A stretch of 46,446 bases of DNA from Octopus bimaculoides (Eukaryota), in the NCBI RefSeq assembly GCF_001194135.2, contig NC_068983.1, forward strand, positions 122,569,834 through 122,616,279. The letters run 5' to 3'. This document shows positions 34,505-46,446 of this stretch, piece after piece. Every line of letters begins with the position of its first letter. Position 1 is the stretch's first letter. The translations under genes and the position numbers were made by a program. The notes beneath the pieces are model-generated. The model was not told where the DNA came from and made no database searches. It worked only from the letters and a program-made list of their open reading frames with translations.

Positions 34505-35355
34505 GGATCTTTATGGTTTGACGGCCAACACTTGTTTTCTTAACGAAACACTTTCAAACTTGGGATACTGGTAGAATGTGTCATATAAAACATCTTTTTC
34601 TCTTAGCCTTCTTAACAAAAAATACTTCTTAATAAGTTATTTCATGTTAAAGTTGTCTTTCTGTAATTTCAACCAATCACTGACGTCTATTCAGCTGAAT
34701 ACAGTTAGTGCTGTTCGGTGTCAAGTGTGTTATTCCCTGTTTAATTATATCATTATTCCCTAGTAAGGGTTTAGGGTTCGGGTTTTAGGGTTAGGGTTAG
34801 GGTTATGGTTATGAGTTATAGGGTTAGGGTTAAGGTTATGGCAAAAATAATCATAACCCTAACCGTAATCCTAGAACTAACCCTAACTNNNNNNNNNNNN
34901 NNNNNNNNNNNNNNNNNNNNNNNNNNNNNNNNNNNNNNNNNNNNNNNNNNNNNNNNNNNNNNNNNNNNNNNNNNNNNNNNNNNCTAAAGCTAAAACCAGT
35001 ACAAACGCACGAACGATGTCATAAATAACAGTGACAAACGAAATATATACCGCTGATAGTTGTTGTTGACAACGGATAGTTTTTGTTGACAAACAACGGC
35101 ACTAATTTTATTCAAGGGAAAAAATCCCGTAACACCGTTGTTTACATTCCACGGCGTAATTGTTTTCACCTCAACAGACGTCAGTGATTGGTTGAAATTA
35201 CCGAAATACGACAATTTCTTACATGAAATAACTTCGAATACAACATTTTTTATCTGTTCTATAACACAAAATATACAAATATTCGAAGTTTAAAAGTGTT
35301 TCGGTACCAAAAACACTACATAAAAAAATGTTGGCCGTCAAACCATAAAGATCCG
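34505..35355. mobile_element. Non-autonomous TIR DNA transposon (GG termini, 8-bp TSD; Merlin- or Mutator-like) with internal telomeric repeats
   Basis: TIR GGATCTTTATGGTTT(T)GACGGCCAACA, interrupted homology over ~200 bp, perfect TSD GTATTTCC (34497-34504, 35356-35363). Confidence 0.85.
34765..34888. repeat. Degenerate (TTAGGG)n followed by (CCCTAA)n
   Basis: Seen directly; runs into an N gap. Confidence 0.85.
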
Positions 35356-35924
35356 TATTTCCTCATTTATGTTATCGGGGTCTCATTTCGTCCTTGATTC
35401 TTGTTGATTTTTTCTTTCACAGGACACTATCAGAAGAATTGCAAATGTTTCACTTCTTTTATCTTTTCTGTGTCAGTTTTAAATTTCAGACTTCGCATTT
35501 TCTTGAATCTATTAGCATCATCTGCGATAATATGATAATATTCTGAGAAATCATGCTATCTTGCTCATGATGTCTCTGCCTTTTTCTTGAACAAACCCAG
35601 ATACTTACCCAGCCATACTTGTAAATGAATCTATTTAGAGACGTCTGGTTTGTTGGGCGGAATTCGCTTCAAGCTCACTCAAGTTTTACTTTAAACATGG
35701 AAGCGTTAGATTCAGTAATAGATTATAAGTTAACTTACAACATATTATTTTCATTCCATTCACAAATTCAAACAATTCTTGTTTTCCTTTGTTGCCTTTA
35801 CCAACTTATTTTTCTCTTCAGTAATTCAGTTTCATTTTGATGTTTATCATCCCACTGAGTAATTTTAATTTTGGTTTTCAAACACAAAAGACACACAAAT
35901 AGATACACACACACACACACATAT

Positions 35925-36055
35925 ATATACAACAGATTTCTTCCAGTTTCTGTTCACCAAATACACTCACAAGGCTTTGGTCGACTCGGGACTAGGTGCT
36001 ACGCAGTGGGTTTGGACCCGGAACCATATGATTATGAAGCAAGCTTCTTATATCA
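35925..36055 (-). mobile_element. Fragment of the SINE family seen at 12198
   Basis: Reverse complement of GCTTGCTT..CATATGGTTCCGGGT..CACTGCG..GACCAAAGCCTTGTGAGTG. Confidence 0.75.
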
Positions 36056-36608
36056 GACCCACGTCTGCGCATATATGTGTGTGCGCGTGTGTGTGTGTGT
36101 GTGTGTGTGTATTATTTGTGTGTCTTTTGTGTTTGAAAACCAAAATTAAAATTACTCTGTGGGATGATAAACATCAAAATAAAACTGAATTACTGAAGAG
36201 AAAATAATCATCCCTCTTTTTCGGGTTCTTTTGCAGCAGTGCCACAAGTTTAATAAATACTCTGTGAGAACTCTTTACATATCCAAGCGTTGCTATTTTC
36301 TGGAACATGCTCTATGTCAGTTCTTGTAGGTAAATTGTCGATGTCTTTGCAGAAGTGATTTTGTACCATTCCAGTTGTATCAGTTACAAATTTGACGTTG
36401 AGTCCATTTCTGCTCTCATTTTAGTACACCAATAAAGTCATTCGAGTTTTCCCTATTATGAGCACTTACAACTGCAATCCTTATTATGAAAAATGAAGTT
36501 AGACTTGATGTATGCTATCTGTTGGTTTATCTTTAGACAAAGCTTCTACAGTATCTCCCCCTTATTGATTTTTAAGACGGGTGGAAGTTCATATGACTAC
36601 TTCAAATC

Positions 36609-37327
36609 CACTGGCGGCTCGTAGATAAAATTAGTGGGGGTGCTGCTTCAGAAAGGTTTTAGCCGTTGTTTTAATATTGTGTAAAATGAGACAAACATAT
36701 AAAAAGAAAATTTATACATAAACTTGATCAGTTCACGTTTTAGCCAATGCCGGATAGTGTGTTTAATTTGTTCACTGAACACCGCCGCGAATTCCCCCTT
36801 GTTTTTTTCAAAAATCCCCCCTTAATCACAAAATAAAGTGGGGGAAATGTGTCCTATTTTTCAAATCCTGGCAGCCACACTGAAGCTGGAAGCAGGATAA
36901 TAATCTAATTCTACACTTTATCACATTCAAGAATATAAACACATTTTTAGGCACAACACACGCGGAGTTAAAAAGAAGCACTACCTTTCACCGGAACACC
37001 GGGGTCGGCACTGTCGTTCACGACGCAGTACTCTCTCTCTCTCTCTCTCTAGCGTGAAGCTTCCTATCTCGGAGATGTGAGTATGCGCACAACAGCCAAA
37101 CACCGCGTCACTGGAACTGTGAAACGCACAGTTCTATACAAGGATTTTTGTATTATTTTCATAGACTAGGCGATAGCTACTGACATTAAGCTTAAGGATT
37201 ATATAATGTACAAGTATAAAGAAAGAGTGAAAGAAAAAAGGACTCATTATATTGAATATTATCGATAATATCGAGTGGAAACAGGGGATGCTGCAGTTCC
37301 GCGGTTCCTATACACGAGCTGTCATTG
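36609..37327 (-). mobile_element. hAT-type MITE (copy 2, inverted relative to 7626-8332)
   Basis: Colinear reverse complement of copy 1, with decayed TIRs and TSD TTCAAATC/CTCAAATC (7/8). Confidence 0.9.
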
Positions 37328-38159
37328 CTCAAATCTTTCTTTAAGGAGTTGAAACTAGATTGAATCATTGAAATGAAGCAATTTCCTTGCATTTATGAAT
37401 ATTGGAGATGCTTGTACAACATGGTATATTGTTTCAGAGAATGTAACACATGTAGCATTTAACAACTATATTACAGAAATTATAGATGCATTTCTTGTGA
37501 AGGTAAGCTGTTTTGTGTGACAAATAATGTTGCTTCTGCTATTGTTTTGTTTTGAGTATATATTCTTTCTTCCAGGACAAATATTAAAAAAAAAAAATCT
37601 GTACGTAGGTCATTCATTTCAGAGAAGTATTGATATTGTAAGAGCGCTACGATTATATTTTCACAATGGCTCATATTTGTGTTCTTAAGTGTAACCGCTA
37701 TTCCATCCATCTTAGATTTCGACATTTTTTTGTTCGTAATCTGAAATAATTTAAAAAAAAACTTAAATAGAGAACTAGATATATCTTTCAAAGTAGGCAT
37801 AAGAATGTTTAAGGTTAACAGAGGCTTTTTTGTGTTACTTACAAAAGCCTAGTAATGCTACTTCTGGAACAAGTCTGTCTTTATAGGTAGTATGTCACAG
37901 AATTTACTTATATCCGAATAATGGCACCGAGGTCATGTTACCCTTTCATTTTTCCAGGCTAAATAAAATGAATATCAGAGTATTAAGGATTAATTAATTG
38001 GCCACACACACCCACAAAATTTTATCATTATGCTTGTTAAAACTCATTATTGTAAAAATTGTGTTTCATAATACATGGCAGAACCAGTACATTTGATGTA
38101 TGCGGTGTTTGTTTATTTGAGAGATGGGGAAAGTGGCGTGAGAAAGAGGTGGAAAGAGA

Positions 38160-38209
<50 letters not shown>

Positions 38210-38329
38210 TGTGGTGTGTGCGTGTGTGTCCGCCCACAATAATGCTATTTTTGTAATGCTATATGTGAAAACCCTACTTATTTATGTCGCTGGACGGAAA
38301 CACTCTTAAACAAGCACTGACTTCATTAT

Positions 38330-38760
38330 CTAGTGCAGGGGTCGACAACAAGTCGGTCACTAAAGAGTTCTCTGTAGGCCTCAAAACTTTCTAAAAAATT
38401 GTTAATATTTTATGCATTTGTGAGTCAACGAGCAGTTAGTCTTCACAAACATCAAATGTCTCTGGTCGTCGACAGCAATGCTCAAGAAATCATTAACATC
38501 CTTCATCACCTAAGGACCTCTTACCCATAATACTTGCTTATGTATTTCATTTATCTCTGATCTTTGAATCGAAAACTTCTCACCTGATCGCTCCAATATA
38601 GTATACGCTGACAGAGGGCTCTCCATTCCACAATTTTATTAACTCTGATCTAGATTCCGTTATACCTCACATTGTCCTCTTCTTGTACATTAACTTTCTA
38701 CTTACAGCTATTTCTTACCTGTTTCACTTATGTGGAGCAGATGTTACCCTTTAATCACTC
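38330..38760 (+). pseudogene. Possible very old CR1/Jockey RT fragment
   Basis: IVYADR (YADD-like) followed by INSDLDSV at ~38600-38665. Otherwise heavily degraded. Confidence 0.3.
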
Positions 38761-39268
38761 CACTTTAAGCCCAGAAATCATTGAGGCCGTCCAGATAGTC
38801 ACTACAGAGAAATAGAAATTCGCAGTGACGGTGGAGATTTTTTTTATGAATGTCTGCATTTTATATGGTGGAAATGGGACTCGTGGATTAGAATTAGCAG
38901 GGTTAGAAATCTTGATCATGGGACATACTACTGAATATTTCTACACACTGCGATAGATTTCTGTAGAGAAAGGAACAAGCTCTGAAGTTTTGAAAAACTT
39001 GACTTTTTATTGGAGAAATGACGTACTGCTCGTGAAACCGTTTCGTATAGAAAACTAAATGCTTAGATATAATCAATATCATTTACACAACGAAAGCCAG
39101 CATGTTACTGCCGTTTCTGATATTGATACTAAATCTACTTTCAGTCTTTCTTCAATAAATGCTGTTATTATTAATCCCAGGTAAACCTTGTATAATTAAG
39201 CATAAGTAGGTCGTTTGTTCCATATATATATATATATATATATCTATATATGTGTGTGTGTGTGTGTG

Positions 39269-40307
39269 TGTAAGAACGACCGTGCGAACCCAAAAGGAGA
39301 AATGGTGACGAATGGAAAAACAGGCTCCTTTTATTAAACGCGTCACACGGTCGAACACAAAAATATAAAATGATAAATATGTTATACTTCGATAACATAG
39401 TGAACTCGTAAATGCCAGTAAGGAAGACGATATTGAACCAACCGATAGAGATGTATAACAGTAGTATTTATTGGAGCATTAAATCGTATGTCTGTGTGTG
39501 AGTGTGAATACGACATAATAAAACACAATATAAGACTGTGTGCAAGTAATACATGTATGTGTATGCGAGAGATACATAGTATAGAATAGAGTCAGTAACA
39601 CGTATAAGAATTTAAGATACCAGTTCTTTGTTAGAGTACACAGTGGTAAGTGTCTGTATATAAGAAGTTAAGGCGTGTAGGGCAGAACGATCACTAGTTG
39701 TGATGTTAGGGCTTCTATGCCAAGCCGGGTTCTTGAATACAGATGTCCTTCGCAGGCTAAATTCTTGGCTATTATATTCGTGGTGAGGTGAATCATACAA
39801 ACAGGATCGAAGAGAAGTGCTGCAGTTAGCTGTTGGTAGCTTGTGTACGTGTAGAGTCATGTTGACACTGGCGGCGGTGCTGGTAGTACGTAGAGTCGTG
39901 TTGCTGCTGGCGACGTCTGGGGCGATGCTTGTAGTTCGTAGTTGTACGATGGTGTTGATGTCGTCGCTGGAACTAGCTGCTGCTGTGTTACGCGTGTGTG
40001 GCCGGCGGCCAGATCTAAGATCTGAGGCGCGACGATTTGCTGGGTATCTAGCAGGCTATTTATAGCTGAAGGTAGGCTCCAGAGAAGCATTAGAAAAACA
40101 CTATCACGTGACCTTATTAGGGGCTACGGTTGGTGAGTTTGCGTTCTGGCGGGAACGGTACGAGATAATTTACCCGCGCAAAGAATAGTCAGTCATGTGA
40201 TGGATACAGCAGGCTGCTCTCTGCTACGCCCGCGCTTGATTATATTTATAACAGTGGGGAAGATGCTTTGTTTGTATATAATGGCGATAGAGGTTAGTTT
40301 CACTACA
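39269..40307 (-). mobile_element. Solo LTR (family A, subfamily 2, copy 4)
   Basis: Reverse complement of 32586-33681, with termini TGTAGTGAA..TCTTACA, between (TG)n and (TA)n. Confidence 0.85.
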
Positions 40308-40537
40308 TATATATAAATAATACAAATGATATATAAGCATATGCATCTACATGTATATATAGATGCATATCCGGGTACAGGACATTAGAAAGATAAACGG
40401 GGACATAAAAGCAAAACGGACTTTGTTTACAGACAATAGAACGAACACATAGGAAAACAAACAAGCCACTTGGAATTATTCCTTCATCAGCTGCCTCTAT
40501 TCTAAAACTAGGCGTTTCGAAGATATATATATCGTGA

Positions 40538-41038
40538 TGTCAGGATTACCATTTTATAGTGGTAATGTCGAATAAATGGCACACTATAATTTAGTCAGCA
40601 TGAGAGAAAGGGGGGTCACCATCTTGATCGTAACAACAAGAAAATAGAAATTCATGAGACGCTTGTAACAAGTCATAACATTTATTACAAGAAATAATGC
40701 GTTAACATATTAGGTTAATTGAAGGAAAGCTTGTAACATTACATGAATATATCCTGTTTGCAAACCACATGTCTTCAAGTAAGTGAGGCGAACGTGCGCG
40801 CGAGCTGTTGTGTATGTGCGGCGGTCTGACTCAGGTATGTCGAAAAATCAACAAACACTGAGTGGCGCGAATTTAGAAATTCCTTCCCTTATATAAGGGA
40901 TGAACCGGAAGCCCCCGACTTCTATGTAAACCGGAAGTTTCCAGAAAGCTCTCGAACATTCTAGAAGCTCGAGAGAATTACTCTCTTTGAATTCCTTTTC
41001 CGTTTTGCTTCCTATCGTGGCCGCCAGGATTCACTACA
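40538..41038 (-). mobile_element. LTR-like element (family C)
   Basis: Minus strand starts TGTAGTGAA, has CTTATATAAGGG ~150 bp in and AATAAA, and ends either at ..CCTGACA (40538) or just before PBS-like TGGTGACCCC (40612-40621). No TSD seen. Confidence 0.55.
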
Positions 41039-41109
41039 CACGCACGCGCACATCTATTTATGCATGTATGTATGCGTGTGTATGTATGTATGTAACGACA
41101 GTTTTTCTC

Positions 41110-42510
41110 TACATATACAACTGGAAGACCATACTAGACAGTGCAATCTAGATGAAATAATACTGGGTTTAGCGAATAAGCTCTTTCAAAACCAGGAAAG
41201 TCCAGATCAATGATCCGAGATTGACTTGATACCAAACCCAAAGTCAGGAAATCTCAGCAATGAAACTAACTACAGGGGAATTACACTATCCAATATTTCA
41301 CTCAAAATCATCAACCGAATGATCCTGAACAGGATTCAACCGGTGCTTGATAACCATCTGAAACCAAATCAAATGGATTTAGACCAGGTAGATCCACAAC
41401 ATCTCAGATCTTAGCTTTGAGGTGTATCATAGAAGGGGTTAAATCAAGGCAGCTACCTGCCATTGTAATCTCGTGGGCTTCAGAAAAGCATTTGACAGCA
41501 TCCATCGTTACAAAATGAAGTTCCTTCGAGCATGTGGCATTCTAGAAGAACTAGTTCTTGTCATTGCAAAGACCTACGAGAAGACCAGAGCTCGTGTGTT
41601 GTCATCTGACGAAGAAACGGAATTCTTTCAAATACTAGCTGGAGTTCTATTAGGAGATACACTTGTCCCTTACTTGTTTGCAATTGTAATGGATTATGCA
41701 ATGCAGCAGGCTATAGACAACCGTGAAAGAGACCTTGGTTTCACCATAAACCGGCAAAGATCGCGGAGATTACCAGCAATAACCATCACACACCTGGATT
41801 TCGCAGATGATATAGCACTCATATCTAATGAAAGAGATCAAACATAACAGCTGCTAAAATAGAACTACACACAAATGTCAAGAAAACTGAATACATGTCT
41901 TTCAACTAATCAAGTGATGCCAAACTGTTTGCTTTGAGTGGTTCCAAATAGAATGTTACTGAAGACTTCAAGTACTTGGGTGGTTAGGTGAGCAGTTCGG
42001 AAGCAGACATCAGGATCAGGAAGGCACAGGCATGGACAGCTTGTCACAAACTAAAGAAGGTCTAGAACTTCAAATTGCCTAAGCAAATCAAAATCAAGTG
42101 GTTCATTGCAACTGTCGAATCAATGTTATTATACGGCAGTGCAACATCGACGCTGAGAAAGAAATCATCAAACTGGCTAAATGGATGCTACACAAGGGTG
42201 CTATAAATGGCTCTAAATGTAAAGTAGCTGCAGCATATGACAAACGAATGCCTTTATGGAGACCTGCTGAAAGTTAGCTAGAAGATCAGGCGAAGACGAC
42301 TGCGACTATCTGGACTGGAAACGTCCAAATTTGTCTTGTGGAACTCACTTCACGGTGATGTAAGAAACATCGTCACACTTCCATCAACAATTTGGTTACA
42401 GACACTGGCCTGGAATGTATCCAGGACCTCGAGGCAGAGATGATGGACCGAGAAGTGTGGCGGGTGGACTTTGTTGCTGCGACCCGGGCTGGAACTCGGC
42501 CATAATAATA
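41110..42510 (+). mobile_element. 5'-truncated decayed RTE-clade LINE
   Basis: NYRGITL, GFRKAFDSIHR, GVLLGDTLVPYLF, HLDFADDIAL, FKYLG, LLYGS, ending ..TRAGTRP* plus (TAA)n. Confidence 0.9.
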
Positions 42511-43042
42511 AAAACAAACAGTGCAACGTGAAGTGGTTTATCGCATTGAATATTGGATCACGGCCTAAGAGTATTACTTCTTTCCTGTTGTCCATTCTGT
42601 TTTTGTGCCCTTGACAGGTGATGGTGGTAACCACAAAAGAGAGGAAGGAAGGAAACTCGATTTAAATATTGTAACAGCTATTCCTCTGTATTTATCTCGC
42701 TTGAAATGCTTCCAAGTTAATCAGCAGCGAGGTAGTCTCCTACCAATGAGAAAGGTTTGAAAAGTCATTTAACCATAAAATGTATTATTCCAATCATAAT
42801 ATTAAAATATGTTTATTATGTATATGACACACGCACACACACACACCTAAAGCATTAGTATTTTATACGTTTCGGCCCAGAGGCTGTGACCATGCTGTTT
42901 TTTTATTTGTATCAATTATTAACAGAAGTTACAAAGTGGCTCAGAGGCCGAGAGTTTCGTGCGTAGGCACTTATCAAACTTTGATAAATAATAAAAACAA
43001 TATACTTTATTGTATGCACGATATATTACATTATATAAATCG

Positions 43043-43085
<43 letters not shown>

Positions 43086-43111
43086 GCTCACAAAAGATAT
43101 ACATATGAAAC

Positions 43112-43267
43112 TACTAGCGTAGCTGGAGTGAGTGCCCTTCCGTTTGCCGCCCCCGGTCCCCACAAAAAAAACACATATTGCTTACAGCAGACCCAAAACT
43201 GGTGCTCCTTTAAAAGTGCCGCCCGCGGCGGACTGCTTTTACCCCCCCCCTCCCAGCTACGCTAGTG
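43112..43267. mobile_element. 156-bp mini hAT-type MITE
   Basis: TIRs (T/C)ACTAGCGTAGCTGG / CCAGCTACGCTAGTG, 8-bp TSD TATGAAAC/TATGAGAC (7/8). Confidence 0.8.
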
Positions 43268-44646
43268 TATGAGACATTTAATACAAAAGTAAAATCTACA
43301 TAGTCACGTTTTCAGTAACATGTGTGTGTGTGTATGTGTGTTTGCGCGCGCGCGGACACACACGCGCATACAATCATACGCACACACAACATTTAGTCAT
43401 TCTTTTACATATAAGACAATGTTTTTATTGGAATGAACTGAATTTTTCCTAAGCCGAATTGTATAGCATGTTGTCGAACAGTATAACAATTGTTAAGGGA
43501 TTTTTACTGTCGTTTTATAACTTATAACCATATCAGCCAGACTACACAAAGACTTGAAATCTTATAAAATGTTTCAGACTTCGTATGCACATGATTACAG
43601 TGAATAACGATTATATATAGTCGAAATTACAAATGTTTTCAGACAAGCAGTTGGAACCAGCTATCAGCTAACAGAAGACCATAGCAAGATACGCATTAAC
43701 CCAAATTGTTTTATATCACGTTCATCAACTGGTGATGTTTGTACGTAAACTTATGTGCGTGTTACATGATACACAGGAAATCTTTATGAGTAAAATGGAT
43801 CTTTCAATTAGCATTCTCTGAAGATAAAAAAAAAGTAAAGGCGTGACATTTAAAATGCCTTATCGGTTAACTCATAGACAGTACTTCTCAAACTGACAAA
43901 TACCAGGTTCACTTAAAAAAAAAGTACATGTTTTGGGTGGGGATACATTTCCCTCTCTTTATTAAAGAGATGTCAATAAAATTTTGCATCCATACAAATG
44001 TCTAGAGTTAGAGCTAATATAAATTTCATTAGGCATGACAATTTGTGCGCCCCCTTTTCCATTCTCATAGGTTCCTTTGTAATGAAAAATAACGGGTTTC
44101 TAAAACGTAACCTATGAAATATAAGTTGGAAAAATTTTGACAAAATTCTAATCATATGAATGTTCACACACACATCCACATTGCTGATGAACAAAAAGCA
44201 AAATTGAACTCGACTTGGTGGTGGAGCATTAAGAAATTACATCAGGCGATACTCTGTTATCTTCTTTTGCTTCTCTCACAAATAGAAAAGTTCATTGAAG
44301 ATCACGGTGTCCAAATTTTAGTGACTAGCATAAAAATATAGCACAGAAAAAAACTTCTGAAATGGATTGAGGGAGAATGCATGTTTTCATATATTTTCTC
44401 TCTCTCTCTCTCTCTCTCTNNNNNNNNNNNNNNNNNNNNNNNNNNNNNNNNNNNNNNNNNNNNNNNNNNNNNNNNNNNNNNNNNNNNNNNNNNNNNNNNN
44501 NNNNNNNNNNNNNNNNNNNNNNNNNNNNNNNNNNNNNNNNNNNNNNNNNNNNNNNNNNNNNNNNNNNNNNNNNNNNNNNNNNNNNNNNNNNNNNNNNNNN
44601 NNNNNNNNNNNNNNNNNNNNNNNNNNNNNNNNNNNNNNNNNNNNNN

Positions 44647-44692
<46 letters not shown>

Positions 44693-45464
44693 TAGAAAAA
44701 ATGATAAGGTACTCAGATATCTGGATGGTTGTACATTAACAGATTTTTATTAATAAGTCACGTTTTTATAAATATTAACGCTTGCATCTATTCTTGTAGA
44801 ATCTATATATATACTGTTGTGTCTGGGAAGAGTATTCTATTTTAGTGCCTTATAATTTAACACACACACCGGTAAAATTTCCACTTATTTCTTTTTTATT
44901 TTTCTTAAATTTTCGTCGAGTCTTGCAACCTCTTCAATAGTTTTAAGGCACCAAAAAAGAATGTCTCTCCCCCGACACAACAGAATATGCTTCAACGCAC
45001 GAACTCACATAAAGAATCTTGCAAACCAAATCCAAAAGCGAAATATATATATATATATATATCGTCTCAGGCATTGAACTGTAGCTATGCTATTGGACTA
45101 CTTTGAGATGTTACAGTCGATTATATCGACTGCAATTCTTATATCTTTATGTCTGGTACTTTCTTCTCGTACTCAATTTGTCGAACCCTAGTGATGTGAC
45201 GTAGACAAGTGATATAGAGATAGTCACACAAACACGAAGCTCTTTAAAGTGAAGTAAGTGCTTTGCACAGGGCCAATCCCACTCTGAACAACGTACGTAG
45301 TTGTCCAAAAATACGATCTAGTTTGATGCAAACGAAGTCGCATCAAACTTTTCCTTGTCCTAGAGGGATGTTTAAGCAAAGACTAGGGATTTGTTACTCC
45401 CACCTGTTGTATGTCCCGTTGGCGAATTTTCCCCCACGAGAGTTCCGGACCCCAGTAATGAACC

Positions 45465-45536
45465 ATTTGCATACAGCCAATCAGAGCTCACATTGAAAAT
45501 CCACATACTGTGTACTGCTACATCACAGCCAATCAG
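45465..45536 (+). promoter_or_regulatory. Octamer plus two CCAAT boxes
   Basis: ATTTGCAT at 45465-45472; ACAGCCAATCAG at 45473-45484 and 45525-45536. No downstream gene identified. Confidence 0.3.
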
Positions 45537-46446
45537 GCATAGAATGGTGTGTACCATTCTGTGAGTACAGCATAGCAGGTCTCACATAAGCATCACATTC
45601 CCCCCTCCACCATCCTCATAGCTCAGTTGAGTACTATCTCTATACAGAGCTAACATTACGTACCTATACTCAGACTGAGATAAGTGATACTGCAGGTACC
45701 CATTGATATATGCAAGGAGGGCGCAATGCGACACAACGCCATATTGATTACGATGTTTTCAGATCAACACCAACATTTTAAATTAGGAATATACAAAATC
45801 AGTCAAAAAATTAGGAAACTACACTGTTATGTATTCTTTTGTTCTTTGTGGGATAATAAACAACTCACTCAAGGCCTTGTTATGTTTCTACGTGTTTACT
45901 TTATTTGACGTGTTTACAAACCGTGTCTATAGCGGAGTGATTCACGCTGTGCGTATCTGCCTTAAACACAGTTCATACTGCTTAGTAGATGCGCTTAACA
46001 AANNNNNNNNNNGCCTTAAACACAGTTCATACTGCTTAGTAGATGCGCTTAACAAAATAGTACTACTAGTGAAGATGTATTCATATATACGTATACCTAC
46101 GCATGATCATAGATGTGAACATATAACATCCCTTCTTCTTATAGAAGTAATCTCCCTTACACTAATGGATTGTCAGCGCGAGGGTGGCAATCCTGCAGCA
46201 GAAACCGTGGGATTATTCTGCCCACAGACATGGTTTTCTGCTTCCTAATCTAGCAGAAGTAGTTGTTTTATTTTCCTTCTCTCTTAACGGTATCGAATCG
46301 GTGGTAAAATGTTCGATCTCCATCTGGTGGATCTTGTGCTCTGCACTGGTGTCTGAGGTGTGTTGTTGGGCTGCTGATGGGTGGTTGGTACCCGTTGGGG
46401 TGATGATCCTGTGGAAACACGGATTCTGTTTGTGCTGTCATCTGCT

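Noticed and set aside
34765-34888. True ancestral telomere-telomere fusion site
   Set aside because: Enclosed by TIRs and a perfect 8-bp TSD, so it is part of a transposon.
32586-40307. LTR copies 3 and 4 as a pair
   Set aside because: They are in opposite orientation with no retroelement coding sequence between them.
40440-40520. Third hammerhead (minus-strand CTGATGA near GAAAC)
   Set aside because: GAAAC lies upstream of CTGATGA without the required stems and cleavage triplet, and no GAAA follows the putative stem II. It cannot be folded.
45959-46056. 44-bp direct repeat
   Set aside because: The copies flank a 10-N gap exactly, the typical unmerged contig overlap artefact.
88-46248. Many short ORFs in the track (poly-L/I/Y, CV, HT, RE repeats, X-rich)
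   Set aside because: They are translations of microsatellites, N gaps or antisense TE frames, with no evidence of host genes.
46167-46250. Two adjacent hairpins (GGATTGTCA/TGGCAATCC; GCAGAAACCGT/ATGGTTTTCTGC)
   Set aside because: Short, with no family motif. They may belong to a LINE remnant that continues beyond the window edge.

Overview
Gene-free, AT-rich, microsatellite-dense eukaryotic DNA with short-read-type N gaps at the microsatellites. It consists almost entirely of transposable elements and their debris. The SINE families, (AAT)n/(TA)n/(CA)n load and Dong/RTE/Tx1 LINE content look like an octopus genome, which is my inference from recalled repeat families, not a database result. 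No host protein-coding gene, rRNA, intact tRNA or CRISPR array can be supported. Contents: two near full-length decayed mariners plus a third Tc1/mariner fragment; two copies of a hAT MITE plus a mini-hAT; an 8-bp-TSD TIR element carrying head-to-head telomeric repeats; about six solo-LTR-like elements with TGTAGTG..CA termini; an internally deleted Gypsy element; Tx1/L1-, CR1/Jockey-, RTE-, Dong/R4- and Penelope-type LINE remnants; and tandem tRNA-SINE arrays. Most notable: (1) a tRNA-headed SINE whose body folds as a minimal type-I hammerhead ribozyme (two copies), with an inverted derivative joined almost exactly at the predicted cleavage site; (2) an LTR-like element containing tandem repeats of its own U5 terminus plus tRNA-Trp primer-binding site.
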